60,168 bases of DNA from Catajapyx aquilonaris (taxonomy: Eukaryota). Both the position numbers and the translations under genes were made by a program. The DNA is taken from NCBI GenBank assembly GCA_000934665.2, contig KZ538590.1:1-60168 (forward strand), in the 5' to 3' direction. The notes beneath the pieces are model-generated. The model was not told where the DNA came from. It made no database searches and saw nothing but the letters and a program-made list of their open reading frames with translations. Shown in pieces: positions 24,901-39,200 of this stretch (its first letter is position 1; each line of letters starts with the position of its first letter).

Positions 24901-27900
24901 CTAAAAGTAATTTTTGAGGAGCAAGGGCAGTGAGAGTGGTGGGGGCGGTGGGGGTGGAGTGGCCCATGAGCGCTGGGGGCGGGGGAGGGGAGGGCTAATG
25001 CTGCTTGGTTCTTCCTCGGATGAGGTTACCACCTCTTCATCCTCATCTTCCTCCAGCTCCTCTTCCGCAGGGGGATCGTCACCCTCTGCTCCGTGGGGTG
25101 GGGCCGATGCGTAGGAGTAGGTGTCGGGCAACTGTCTCCAGGCCTCCAGGTCTAGAGATGGGATGAGACCTCCAGAGGCCTTGCATGACACGCGACGATT
25201 ACGAGGCTGATTGCCTTCTTTTTTTGACTGGGTTTGTTCCTTCTGTTTCTTCAGGCTCCCTACTTCCTCTTCTTCGCCCTCAGTATCATTATCGTGCTGA
25301 AGAAGGGCCAGTGGTTGTATGCTAGACACGTCATCCAGGTTGTCGCATATCACTCTGGCCAAGGTGGTACGTCTTATCTGGGCCAGTTGTTCTTCCGTGA
25401 AGGAGTTGGGGAGGCCCTGGTGCTCGTACCAAAATCGGTCACCTACAAATTTTAAAAATGAAATAAATAAAATAAAGGTGGAAGTTTGGCACATTATGGC
25501 CTATGTACCGGTAAGACTTCAGAATAATAAGTAATACCAGGTAATACTCTGAATGGTTCTGCGGAACCGGTAACATTCCGTAATGAGAAATATGGATTGT
25601 CAGTAGAATCAAGTAATTACCTTTAATCTTCGGTGCATTCTCAACGTTCTGCTTATGCTATCGTAGGTAGTAATTTTCTTCGTTTTGTATCCACTTCGGC
25701 GCATTTGTTAAAAGTCAGATGATGATAGTAGCTCATATTTTTCAATGTAACAACTAGCCACTGTCAAGAGTTTGGTGAAAAAAATCTCGTGCACAACCTG
25801 TCATCATTATAGGCATACAAAGCGTTGCTTTTAGCAGTATCACGTTAGCGTGAAATTACTTCCTAAAGAGTATAAGGAAACTGAATAATATCTCATATAT
25901 TTTACATTTTTATCATTTCAGTGTGGCTATTATTTCGTGTGTTCGGTGTCAGTCAGACATTGTAATAAAAATACTGGTGTTATCTTGAACACTCTTGACC
26001 AACACCGGTTCTCTACTGCGATACGAGTTTCTGTAGGCTAATGATCATATAACTTACCGGGTACCCCAAATATTATTTTCACTTGCTTGGTATTGATTAT
26101 ACTGTACTATGTTTCATACCGCTTTCTTTACGGGGCAAATGAGTGAAACAAAATTGAAATTTAATGTGCACGTATCCCAAAGAGGTATTATCAGAAGATT
26201 GTCTTTCACTCTACGCCTTTTTAGTATGCAAACCGTAGCACACGGGAGATCACGTGCGGAAACATTCCTGCCTGGGTTGAATTTTTCAGGGACGTAAAAA
26301 GAAAGATAAGAAATAAGCTACATTCCACGATACATACTGTATATCATAGGAAAATTAACTCTTCATTTCTGAAAGCACTCAAAAGGGCGTAATACGTAAT
26401 TAGCCTACTAAAATTCCTTGGTAACTATTCAGTCAGAGAAATTTTCCCTGTACGACAACTAGTAGTTTTTAAAATATACAAGTTACTTCAGATGGAGAGC
26501 AGTAACTGGTTCCTGCTTAAAATTTTTCCCAAAATTGATGGAAATACTAGTGTATTATGTTTTACTCACCTCGCCTTAGATTACTGAATTGCTGTGCCAG
26601 AATGCAAGCGAAGGTTGGCCCCACCAGGGCTGCTGGTACGGATTTCTCTGACATGGCTGCAGGAAAGAGGTCCACGTCCGACGGGTCCTTGTACAGGTTG
26701 GCCAGGAGGGCTCCGGCTGACGGGTACAGCCCGGAGTCGGTGCCCCATCGGGGTCCCTCTCCGGGTGTCTCATCGGCTTTGAAGGGAGGAAGACCACAGG
26801 CCTCACGCCACGAGGCGTACGGGGGCAGCCCGTGGTCTCGACCGCGTTGCACGTTGATGGCCGCCAAGTCCAGAGGCAGACCACTGCTGCTCACATTGCC
26901 AGCAGAAGCAACGCTGCCATTATCTGGCTTTTGGTAGTACTGGTACTGATGCTGAGGAAGGCGGAAGAGGTGTCGAGTGAGCTGAGGCGATATGGCCCTG
27001 TCCCATGGCTCGGCTAGGGTGTCGGCCATCCCCACCAAGAGTCGGTCGACAGCTCCTGGGTTGTACAGAGGTGCAGGCGTCATCATCTCCTGATGCAGCG
27101 CCAGTTCGCTCGGAAGACGCCTGTGTCGACGGTCACATCGGGGCAGTCCATCCGGAACCAAGCTGTGGCCAAACCGGAAGGCAGCCGCGGCGAAAGCGTT
27201 GGCCACAGTTGCGTCCACTGAGGGATCGTACTTGCTGCTGCCGCCTTCACCACCAGCCGGGATCAGACCAAACCGGCGGATGACCCTGTGGCCCAGCAAG
27301 ATGGGAAGGAACTCCTTCAGCGTGATGTGTTGCACCTGGGCTGCCACAATCCTCCGACTCTCCTGGTAGAGACGCTCGTCGCTCCAAAGAGGATTAATGA
27401 CGGACAACTGTTGCGTCAGCCTATTGTGCTGCCTCACCCAGAGGACATGCATGGCAGCCAGACCTGGGTGCTCGTTGGCTCGTCTGTCTCCAGCGAGGAA
27501 GCACGGAAGGTGCTTGGGATGAGGGCGGCAGTCGGGGAGGCGCCCTGCAAGCGCCGGAGCGGAAGGCAGGAGCGGCCTCCGTGGCCAGGCTGGCGCAGAG
27601 CTGACTCGAAGGCGACCACCTCGGAAGGACCTAAGCGACGCCGCAGATCGGGCGTCGCTGCCGTACACAGCAGAGGCGTCCAGGTATGAAGTGGCCTGGT
27701 TTATCTGCTGACGGGCTCCCAGCCTGCAGCAGCCAGCCTTGCCTGGGCCTTCGATTGGAGCAGGGGAGCTTCGCATCATTTCCATGCAGCCTCCGCCCGA
27801 TGTTGCGTCCTCCAAGGGCATGCAGTCAGGGTGCCTCAGTTTCGTCGGAAGTGGTCGTCCAGTTGCGCCGTCGCAGCATTTTGGTACCGTCCCATCTGCT

Positions 27901-30383
27901 CCTCTTGTCTGCGCCGTTGCTGTGCATGAAATGGTCCATGTATCAAGAGGCAGTAATATTTTATCCGTTGTAATCTATGTATGTTTCAGCAGCTAGTTTA
28001 ATTAAAAGAGTAAGTGCTGTACATGTCGCTCCACGTAATTCTTAAAAAATACATATGTCAGGGTCGTTTCTATAGATCATTTCAAGCAGTTACGGTTGCA
28101 ACATTTTTGACATACCGGTATGCAATTTTTTCAACTGTTGTGGAATGGAAATAAGGATCTCTGGCATAAGACTGCTGACATTTTGCTACAGCGATTCCAT
28201 TTTCTAAAACGGATTGAGGCGATTATTATTAGTTCTTCAGGGAGGTGGCGGAATGTGGCAGTCAGATAAAATCACCCGACTGTGATTCTCAATTTCTTGA
28301 ATTTGTCTCTCACCTGTAATAATTCGTGATATTTTTCAAATAATAATGTAATTGAACCGTACATAGTTTCAGGAAAAGAGGGCGAGAAAAAACAACAAAA
28401 TCAACCTTCCCAGAATCCTAGATGAGTCTCTTGGCGAGTGTTGTCTTGTCAGAAAATGAGTGTAATCAACACTTCCCTGAGGCTCCCAGCACTCTAGACA
28501 GGCCCGGTTCCCTAAAATTCCCACAGCTGGAAGGGGGAAACACCCAACATGCTGTCATCAGGGTCCAATTCGTGTCTTGGTTCGCAAGTCAGCATGCAGG
28601 GACACTCATCCTACATCCTGTATACTGTAGAGTGTATAGGCTAGTTGAACCCATTACTTGCGCAGACAACTTCCAAGTATGGAAGGGCAACGCTCGGGAC
28701 AATGTTAATATTTTTCAATTTTTGTGTGAATGAACACGACAGTCATAAAATTAATTTACATATTCACGGCTTAATATAATGCAATTGTTATCTAGGTAGA
28801 GGAGCAAAGTATACAAACTATACCTCATAGGACAAGTGAAAAAGGAATATATTCCCCATCATATACAGCGGAAACTTGCTGAGTATGGATTATTTTGGAG
28901 AAATAGAGCGACTCCGCTGTCGATACGAGGTAGATTTCACTGCGCAGGGTGTGTTTCATAATAAGTATGGAAAACATTTTGAATGAACTTTGGTCACCAG
29001 TTGACCACTTTATAAAAGTGTCATTCGTTTCCCCTGCCCCGTAACTGATACAATATTTAGGACAGAGTATTTTATAGGCTACCATGTGTTGGAAGCCCAT
29101 TACTTTGGTATCGAGGCTGATGCGGAGACCACACGACACCTTTACATAAAGTGACCCTATAACTATATCGTCCGTAGAAGTTCACTCTAAACTTTGGGAT
29201 ACTCATTATAAACTATGTACCCTATAGACGTGTAGAGTGTAGAGCGAAGTGGTCTTGGTCTTGTTATAACTTACCTGTGAGATCGTGATCGATAAACTGT
29301 CCCCATTGCATGAAGAGGACCGAAGGGCGGTTATTGTATTGCTGCAGACTTTGCGTTGGTGGCGGCCAGTGCACAGTGGCGCTGATCAGTCTGGCAGGTG
29401 GCAAAGGAGTGCCGTCCCGCACGGACCGACGAGGCTCTTGGACACCTGAAATGTACAGTGATTCAATAATGACATGTAATTAATATTATCTGATTAGAGC
29501 AGATGGCAGAACTAGATGGAATTGCGGGAGGGGGTGGAATGAAATTATGATCTACCGTCATGGTAATGGGCGGCCACGAATCGTCGAAAAGCTCTCAGAC
29601 TGGACCCCCATTCCGGATGAGCCAGATTGTTGCAGCGGCCGTCGGGCGTCCGGTACACCAAGTAGGAGTCCGCGACAGAACTGTAGCACTCGGACGTCAC
29701 CTGCTGGCTAGACGACAGTGGCTGCTGGTCGACGTCGTTGGGAAGAATCGGAATAGGAAGACGTTCGAGTGCTGCGGCCTGTCGTCGGGTCAGGCGCAAC
29801 CGACGAGCTAGGAAGCTACTCGCACCTAGGGCCGCCCTGGCTGCCACTGACAACCTCTTGGCCTCCTCCGACTGGCGGTTTATTGCTCCCAGGTACATAC
29901 CAGCGTCGTCCTGACCCAGGGACATACCTTTACCCCCCATAAAAGTCAAGCAAAATTTTATATAGTGGCATGCAGCTTGATGGACTATCGCCTGAATTAG
30001 TTTTTCGCAGCTTTTGGTTTCCCATTGGAAAAGGAATGTATTTGTGCGAATTGAAAGGTCATTTCTTGCTGCGTTGACGTTAAATTAAATTAATGCAAAT
30101 GCTGAGCAAAATTCAAACTGCCTAAATATGAATGAGGTGACTCACCTTGTCGTACAAGCCAGGGTTCAGTGACATTGTGCAAGCGGATGGCTTCCTGCAA
30201 TCCCTGCAGATATGCCTCCCTCAGCAGCCGATTCTCCTCTGGCTCCACATCACCACCACCATCACCATCGGCCTGAACTAGTCCCTGAAGCAGCAGCATT
30301 GTCAGGAGGATCAGCAACTGGGGTGGTCGTTTGGCTGCAGAGAAGTGTCCCCCCAGTTGCTGCATGGTATCCCCCGACATCAT
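24901..30383 (-). CDS. Animal haem peroxidase (chorion peroxidase/peroxinectin-like), secreted
   Basis: Exons 30383-30146, 29927-29556, 29445-29275, 27919-26570, 25442-24901. [11 protein letters not shown], distal [35 protein letters not shown], proximal [24 protein letters not shown]. Hydrophobic signal segment in exon 1. Confidence 0.93.
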
Positions 30384-32625
30384 GGTCTTTTATTGTTGCG
30401 TCCTCCTCCTGCGGCGTTCTTGTTCTGCGCCCCGAAGGATGCGATGGCAGCCGCCGATCCCAGGAGCACCCTGGCCGTCACGTGCACTTTGCTGGCGCCT
30501 CCTCCGCCGCCTCCGCCCAGGCCTCCACCGCTGGCGCAGTTCTTGACGCCGTGACAAGAAGAGCAGAAGGACCCGCCGAGGCGCGAAGAGCCAGAAGATT
30601 CTCGTTGCGCCATCGGAATAATATTATAATGTCGGGAGGGTCTCACTCTCTCCCAACCCCCACCCCTGGCACACCTTCTCCTCCTCCCACCTTCCCCTTG
30701 TCTTCTGTTCCCACTCCGATGATTAGCAGACAACCACGATCAGCCAGAGAATGGAACCAAAAAGAAATGGCCGAGTGAATGGCGTTGTTCCTATCTGGAA
30801 CGTCCCAACGTATAGAGGTTAGGGTGTTGGGATATTTCCGGCCTCACAAGTACACTTCCGTCACGTATGTATGATGCAGTTGTCACGTACCGGCAGATAT
30901 AGAGATTGCTAGGCACTACTGGATCAATTCTGGTTGTTCTTGCTGCTTGGATGGGCGGCTTGTGGATGAGACAAAAAGGGCAGAGCCACGCCGAGTGGCC
31001 CACTGACCCACTTGAGGGCAGCAGTCGAAGGGGGCCCGTGGGCCACAATCCCGGATTCCGCATGCGGGTCACGGGGCCACCCACTGACCCCTCCCTCCAT
31101 CCCTTTAATTCTTCTTCCTCCACATACCCTGGCTCCTCCCGTCCCACCCCCAACCCCAATCTTATACCACACTTGCTTGCTTGCCCCGGAATGGGCCAGC
31201 AGCATCTGAATCTAGTGGGATGATGATGATGCTGAGCCTGCTTCATTTTTCTCCCACCGCACTTTGCTATGCATAACGGCACTGTCTTCCTGTACTTCCA
31301 TTCCTGTCCCCCACTTCACCCCCCAGCCTCACCTGATTCCAGCCTTTCATTCTCTCTCTTCTTCACCACTTTTCATTTTGGCCTCCTAACAATATATTCG
31401 CATTGCCCGTTCGCACACGCCAAACTCACGCAATCGGTCATCACCAACCATCATGTTGTATAACCATCTCGTTGCGTGCTGTGTCCTGTACCACTAAATA
31501 GTACTGTACATGGGTCTTGAAGCGGGTTCTCTGAAGGAAGGCAGCACGCAATGGTTTACAATAGTTCCTTTTGCGCTCCTCCTTTATTGCGTGGTTATAT
31601 ACTATCGAGAGAATTCATGCCGGTATTTTAGGCTTCAAGCCTCTGAAAACGATTGCTATTATGCGAAGTAAATTACATACACGATAATCGATTTTGTCTT
31701 CCCGAATGCCAAAACAGAAAAAAAGGAATTAAACTCTAATCTCGAAACCCTGGGGGAGTTAAAGTTTTTCAAGCTATTATTGTTTGCCTCAAAACATATG
31801 CCGGTACTGTAAACGTGCTTGATGTGAGCTTGACTGAATTATCATCGCATTACAGTTTCACTGCCACAACAATGACATATGTAATGATGTGGAGACCACT
31901 TATGGAGCCGCAAGGGATAACGGCTCCATTAAAATTAAAACTCTATGTTGCGCATTTGCTATTATGGAATAATCTTAAAAATATTAATATTAATATTATT
32001 GTACTTTTGACGCCGCTTATGTTTGTTGTGAGAAGGCATTTTTCTGCCATGCTATTACAGGATAGGAAAAACCTGTATGGCATCTTATTTATTTATCTAG
32101 TCTTGTACTCGCTGTACTCACACTGATCGATCGATCGATCGATTAAACACTTCATTCGCAAACTGGGGGCTTCCCTATGTAGATCTTGCCTGTTTTGGCG
32201 AGCAACATAATAAATTATTGACTTCCTTTAGAATACAGTTTGTGTATGTGGGGCAACATGGGGTCCATGGATGCCCCTGTCACGAAGTTTCTTGTCACCA
32301 GCATAATCAAAGGTAGCAAAAATTACTACAGTAGTGAATAGATAACTTCAGATGATAATAATAATCATGATTTACAGCTCAATTCGTGCCACTGCACTGG
32401 GATGACGGAGGGTATTTATAAAATGTGCACAAAATAATGTATCTCAAGCAGAGTGGATCTCATTGGCTGCAGTGATGGCCCAGAGGCAGATAGGGGCAGG
32501 TTGCCAATTCCATCTTGATTAAGCTGCACCATTAAAAGTGTAAGAAGTTTCAAGTGTGAAGTGCTGGAAGGACGTCGATTATAATAATATTATTCTTCAT
32601 TCAAAAAAGCCTCCTTCCCATGCAG

Positions 32626-32692
32626 CCGTTACGTCACACTGACTCTGAGAAAGATGGCGCCCATTGACTGCACCAACATGGCCGCGCCCACC
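32626..32692 (+). promoter_or_regulatory. Probable PGS1 core promoter region
   Basis: Start of a CpG-rich segment with CRE-like TTACGTCA and YY1-type AAGATGGCG / AACATGGCC motifs, ~200 bp upstream of the ATG. Confidence 0.45.
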
Positions 32693-32863
32693 CGCAAGAA
32701 GAGCGCGAGGATTGCGCTGGGGCCAGATCCGATAAGTATTTTTCTCTTTTATTGCTGGAAGATTGTACTCGAAACGGGAGAGGTGAGGATGGCGGTACCT
32801 GTGCCTGAGAAGTGAGGAGCCTGCCACTGCGGGCCGTGCGCACCAGAGTCGAGGCCAGGGGAC

Positions 32864-35800
32864 ATGATTCGGAGGCCCCTCTTTGCTGGATATCGACTGG
32901 CCCTCACGTCTGGAGGATCGCCTCATCTTCTCGGACGACAGAGACACGCAAGCAGAGGCATTTCCATGGCGGTCGCCGTGGGTCCTGCTGCTGGAGGCGG
33001 TGGAAGCTACTGGGATGCCTGCTGGCGGTTCCTCACGCTGGCCTTCCTCAGGCAGCATCCCCAGACAGGAGGTCTCCAAGAGGACAGGTTGGTTGTACGA
33101 AGAGTCCACATCGTTGCAGCAATGTCTAGGTCGAGGTCGGACAGAAAAGGAAGATTAGGGAGCAAGTGAAGAGGTGTATATTTGGTCTTGGCTGTCTTCC
33201 ACACTTAGCGTATAAACAGAGCACTGTCAGGCCTGACACAGACAGGTGTGCAGGTGGGCGAGAAATCAGGGCTAGAATAGTTGTCTGACACTATTATTGC
33301 CATTTTTCAATTTTTGTAATTCACATTTTAAAATCCTTAACAGATTTTGCTATCCTATTTACATAGCCTTCCATTCGGCATTATTCGAGTAGGTTTGGAA
33401 TAATTGTAAAGGTGCCAACTGCCACTTCCATAGCCTAATTTCCAGTAAAAAATCTCTTCATTTAGCTCAAAGGTGTTGAGTTAGCTACATCACAAATATT
33501 ACTATTTATACCGCAACATGCACTAGAGAGTTGATACATACAATATTTGCATGCAAAATTTACTTATGTATTGCTGTTACCAGGTCTTCCATGGATCAGA
33601 AGCGGTCTGAATATTTATCAGGAGAGCATCAGATGAATTCTGTGCCGCTGAAGTGGCTGCCGCAAGTGGCTCCCTGCTTCCCTGTTTGTGGCGACCAGGT
33701 TCATCTTTTGGAGACACCCTCTGACTTCTACTCTGCCTTGGTGTCTGGTGCACAAAGAGCCAAAAAAAGGATCACCCTAGCTTCACTCTACCTGGGGACT
33801 GGCCCACTTGAGCGAAGTTTTGTTGCTACCATACAGCAATCCCTGGCCTCAAAGAAGTCACTGCAAGTGAAGTTTCTGCTGGACTGTACTAGAGGGTCTC
33901 GTGGTGAAAAGGTCAACTCTCGCACTATGCTGCTGCCTCTGTTACATAAATGGCCTCAGTCATGCCAGGTACACATCATTCACTTTTTTATCAGATGTAG
34001 AATAGCATAATATCAGTTGTACTGTACAGTCACAAGCCTAATGATGGAGACTGACTGGGTAAGGTGCTCCAACAAGTTCCATGTGGAACTGGCTATATCT
34101 GTGCTCCAACATGAATGCTCAGTAGTGAATATCATAATCTTGACATACTCTACTGTACAGGAGCATGTACTGTTTTACACTAAACTCGTTGCAAAATTTG
34201 ACCCTGTCTATCTCTGTCGTCGTGCTTGTGATTGTACATATGTGGATTTAGTCATAATTAGTCACAAGATATGTGGTTTTGTTGTTAGAAATGTGGCAGT
34301 TGTACATTTTGCACCATTTAATGCAAATTATCATAACAGGTATCCTTGTTCCACACCCCACAACTTCGGGGCATGTCTAAAAGATGGATTCCTCAAAGGT
34401 ACAACGAACTAATTGGATTGCAGCATATGAAAGTCTACGTGTTTGATGATGATGTCCTCATTAGTGGGTGAGTTTATTTTGTATCTCAGACCTAGGAATG
34501 CTTCTGCTTAATTTCATCCTGGTGACTGCACTGCAGTCCTATGGATTGGTTTGCAAGCAAAAACCAGAACAGTGGCATCACTTTCCATCAGAATCCGTGG
34601 GGAACCCTTTTTATTGTCATACTATGCAATTTAATGTGTTATGCAATAATTTGTCAACCCACAAAAATGTCAAGACCATTTAATATTATCAGTAAAAATG
34701 GCTTCAAATGTTTCAGGGCAAACCTGAGTCAAGACTACTTTACCCAGAGGCAGGATCGCTACCTTCTCATCTGTAACTGCCCTCCACTGGCTGATTTCTA
34801 CGATGGACTTATCTCCACTGTGAGCAATTTCTGCCTGCACCTGGACTCAACTAATCGACTTGCTACTCACCCTGAGTGGAAGTGCCACCCAACCACTGGT
34901 GACCAGGAACAATTTATCCATCAGGCTGGCCAACTGGTGACATCCTTTTTGGAAAGATCTAAAACTGTGGCAAATGCACCGGAAGGTGCAGATACCTGGG
35001 TGTTCCCTCTGGTCCAGATGGGTCCATTTGGAGTTCGTCAGGATGAGAATGCAACACGAGGCATTTTAGCATCTGTACCCAGCACATCACTGCTGGCCAC
35101 TGGTTATTTCAATCTGACACCAGCTTATCAATCACTTCTTCTTGCACCCACTGCCTCAAAGTTTCGCATCCTTATGGCACATCCTACTGCCAATGGTTTC
35201 TATGGTGCTTCCTGGCCATTAGGTGCCATCCCTTCCTTGTACACACTAGTTGCATCTCAGTTTTTCACAAGAATTTGCGAGCAAAAGTGTGAAGCCAAGG
35301 TGAAACTTATGGAATTCAGCCGTCCAGGGTGGACCTTCCATGCTAAGGGACTATGGGCTAGCCTACCAGGAAAGCAGAAACTGACACTTCTTGGATCCCC
35401 CAACTTCGGTCAGTCACTGAATAATACAATTTCTACTGTAGGTCAGAATTCTGCACTCTAATGGAGAATGCCTGATTGTTCCTTTCCTGCACTGGTGAAC
35501 ATTAGTTTGTGTTACATCATTGTAACCCAACATGATTTTAACTGTTCGAATAGTTTTTGTTTTTGTTTAAATATCAGAGAGATAATGAGGTAAAATTCAG
35601 AAGGGGCATGCAGTGTTCTGACCATATTAAAGTGGTACCATGTTATTAACTAACTAAAGATATAACCAGGGTCTCTATTCATTAACTAGGTCACCGTTCA
35701 GTCGAGCGTGATCTGGAGACTCAGGTTGCATTGATTACTTCAAACACTCATTTGCAAGAAGCTATTCAAGAGGAGGCAGATAGGCTCTGTCAGCATGCTG

Positions 35801-35892
35801 AACAAGTTACACAAACAACCTTTGACCTTCCAGAGAGAAGAGTCCCACTTTGGGTATATCTTGTTGCCTACTTCTGTAGAGACTTCTTTTAA
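32864..35892 (+). CDS. PGS1: CDP-diacylglycerol--glycerol-3-phosphate 3-phosphatidyltransferase, mitochondrial
   Basis: Exons 32864-33087, 33584-33968, 34340-34467, 34717-35408, 35690-35892. Arg-rich presequence, ASLYLGTG, LLDCTRGSRG, QHMKVYVFDD, GANLSQDYFTQRQDRY, WTFHAKGLW, GSPNFGHRSVERDLETQ. Confidence 0.95.
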
Positions 35893-36271
35893 CAAGTCGC
35901 GTTTTTATGGCAAGGTAGGGACCTCGCTAATGCTCTCATTAATGGATAAACATCAGCATGGATTGCATAGTGTACATAATGTATAGCATTGTGTTGTACA
36001 TAATTTTGTGAAGGATTAAATTTACTTCAAAATAACTGCTCATATGTTACAATGAATGTACACATTATTTTATGGACACACAAAATGTTGTTTGGAGCTG
36101 TCACAACAAAAAATTGAACAAATAATATGAGACTACAAGGAACTAAACTAAAGGGTATCACATAGGTAGATTAAACCCAAAGGTTGATGTGGGAAGATAT
36201 AGCTTGCCAGAGAGTGATATTACAGTATGTCGCATGCATTACAGAAATATTTATACACCTTAGTTGAGCAC

Positions 36272-39200
36272 TCATATGAAGTGGTCCTTTGGTGAATACG
36301 GAATAGTTGGAGCAGACAAGTATCGGATGGATGAGTGCCCAGCAGATGGGTTCTGACTATTTGTACCAGGATGAGTTGCAGCAGGGGCCCTCCAGAGGTC
36401 ACAGCAACTGCCAGAGTAGGTTGTGGTGGCTGCAGTTGCAACTGTAGTTGTAGGTCGAGGCAAGAGAAGGTCAGGAGGGGGAGGATTCCCTGGGGACTGA
36501 CTCAGATGATGTGTCTTCCTACTCTCCTCTTCCTGCTGCCTCCTGTGAGCTTTCCACGGTGCTTCATCCACAAGCCAATATGTTATCATGTGTCCCTTCC
36601 CCTTGATAGGAGTGAGACCTCTCTCCTGACAAAGATATCCTCCAAGCCGTTGCAATAATGCATGGGTTGCATGAGATATGTGAATCATCAGGGGCTCTCC
36701 AGTTGACTCCATCCTCGAAGCAGTGTTTACTGTGTCTCCAAATAGGCAGTAACGAGGCATCTGCAGCCCAACAACACCTGCCACACATGGACCTGTAACA
36801 GAAACATAAACATGGGTATGTAAGGCTCGCATTGTGTTAACTGATCTTTCAAGTACCCTGTTCTTTTTATGAATCAAGCATGTGTAACACAAAGCCTAGT
36901 AATCAGCAAGTGCAGCGTACTTGGAAAACAATAGTTCACACCTGAGTGTACCCCTATCCTGACACGAAGCATCTCTCCTGGCCGGTGACGAATCTCGAAA
37001 GTCCGCAGCCTTTCAAGTAGGTGCAGAGCCATTGAACAGACTTCAGATGCATGTCTGAGACCATTCCTCAGTGGAAGCCCAGATACTACCATGTAAGCAT
37101 CCCCAATAGTCTCCACCTTGTAGACATCATAATGCTGAATGATGGAATCACAGCATGTGTACAGCTCATTGAGGAGCTGCACAACCTGTAGAGGGGAGCT
37201 GGCAGCCGAAAGTGCAGTAAAGCCCACGATATCAGAGAAGTAGATGGTCACTGACTGGAAGAACTCAGCCTGGACTGGTTGCCCACGAAGGAGTGACTCA
37301 GCTACTGGTCTTGGGAGCATCCTATGCAACAGGGCCTCCGTTCTCTTCTTCTCCTCAGACAACTGGGTGGTTCGCTCTTGGACAAGCCCCTCTAGGTTGC
37401 TGGCATGCTTCTCCATCATTGCTAGCATATTGTCGAAGATGTTGGGCTTTCTGAAAATGAATGCAGTTTCAGCTGGTTGGAGTTGTGAAAGCAAAGTAGG
37501 GCACTGAAAGCAGTTCTAAGAAATATATGCATATTAACTGATATTAATCATTGTGCTTATAGTGTTTAAGCCATCCATTTGGCTGTACAATATTATGTAG
37601 ATTATTGTTAGGTGAAGAAAGAAAGAAGGTTAGAAGAAAATAATTCACTTGGGGTTCTGGGCAGGTCTTGTCATTTTGGATTTACAATAGGCCTGAGGGA
37701 TAGCTTGAAAATATGTTCTGAACCCGATACCTGCTCATGCCCTTGAAATTGTTTGAATTCACGTCTTTTGGACTGGTTTCATGAGTTGAAGGACATGTCT
37801 TTACTTGTGCACTACACAGTATACTTCATTACATCAGGAGAGCCTATTAGCTCCTGACTACATATCATAATGGAGCTCACATTTTTATTGGTGAAAATTT
37901 TGCAGTTTCTTCTGCATCAAAATGATACTCATGTACCAAATTGAACCTATCAAGTATGAACTAGTCATGAGAACTGAAGGAGGATTCCTCCATGCCCAAC
38001 TTGCCTCTTTTGCATTCAAAGGACCAACGTGATTCATCAGTGTACCAGACATTATTTCCCCATGTTAATATGAACTCAGGTGTCATACACATGGTATCTT
38101 GCAATCCACCTCAGCCATGATAACTGGCTCTCCCACTGATTAATGTGTTTGGAAAACAGTGTTTAATGTATTATATATTATATATATTATATATTATATG
38201 TATTATATATGTATACATACAGTCCCTGCTCCATGGGTTTAAGGTGAAGTCGGACCAGACGCAGATCAGGCCTCTGCTCAAAATCCTCTTCCCAACAGGA
38301 TCGCAGCACAGATTGAATGTACTCGGGGCAGTTGGCTCCCAGGGCTGAAATGTCGGGACGGAAGAGGCGACCACCAAAACGACACGGCCATGCCACCCTC
38401 TCTGCAACCTCTGAAAGACCATACTAGACCAGCAGCTCATAATGATTTACATGGATTTACAAGCTATTGTCGATACTCAGAGTCATTATTGGTAATACCA
38501 GCTCTTGGTAATACTGAGCATGCACCAACCCTCAAAGTCAAGAGACACTTGACCGCGTAGAACAGTGCTGAGTAATTTTTGTGAGCATGGGGTATGTATT
38601 TTATCTTCTCAAATATATCACTGGATATTAATGCACAAGGTCAATATATGGCTATAAGATTCCAATAGTATTACTGTATCAATGCCTAACATATGCAGTA
38701 AATCTCTGATTTTAAGTTGGAGTTGTTCTAGGTAGGATATACGAGTCAGAAGGTGTTTTTTTTTTTTTTCCTCTGATGGCTGGTCTGGAGCCTCATGTAA
38801 AAACCATGTATCTCTGATTTGGCCATTTTGAGATATTGCACCTCAAAGTTCGTGATCTTCCATTAGTTCTTGCATAAATCATACTTGAAAAACTTGAATA
38901 ACTTTGCAGGAAAACAAGTTAGAGAGACGTGGTTTGTACCAGTGCAGTGGATAGAGCTTGAAAAGACCCGTCCAATTGTGGCCTACAAGTAAAAACCCAG
39001 TGTCTTGAGTTACATGGTTTTTACATGAGGCTCCAGTGGTAGTCCACTTGCAAAGCACAAACGACTAAGTCAGGATTGATTTAGAGGGATTCGGTTAAAT
39101 ATACGACATTACTAATTCAGTTAAATATACGCCATTAGTTACTAACGTCTACATACCCATATCTGAAAAGTGGCCAATTCCCCATGGTCCCTGTCGCCCC

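Noticed and set aside
26557..27996. Multiple overlapping + strand and alternative-frame ORFs (also over INPP5E, Sce, the cyclase and 47368-47940)
   Set aside because: Shadows of GC-rich real exons.
32597..33109. 170-aa minus ORF
   Set aside because: Antisense shadow of the PGS1 promoter and exon 1, with a non-ATG start.
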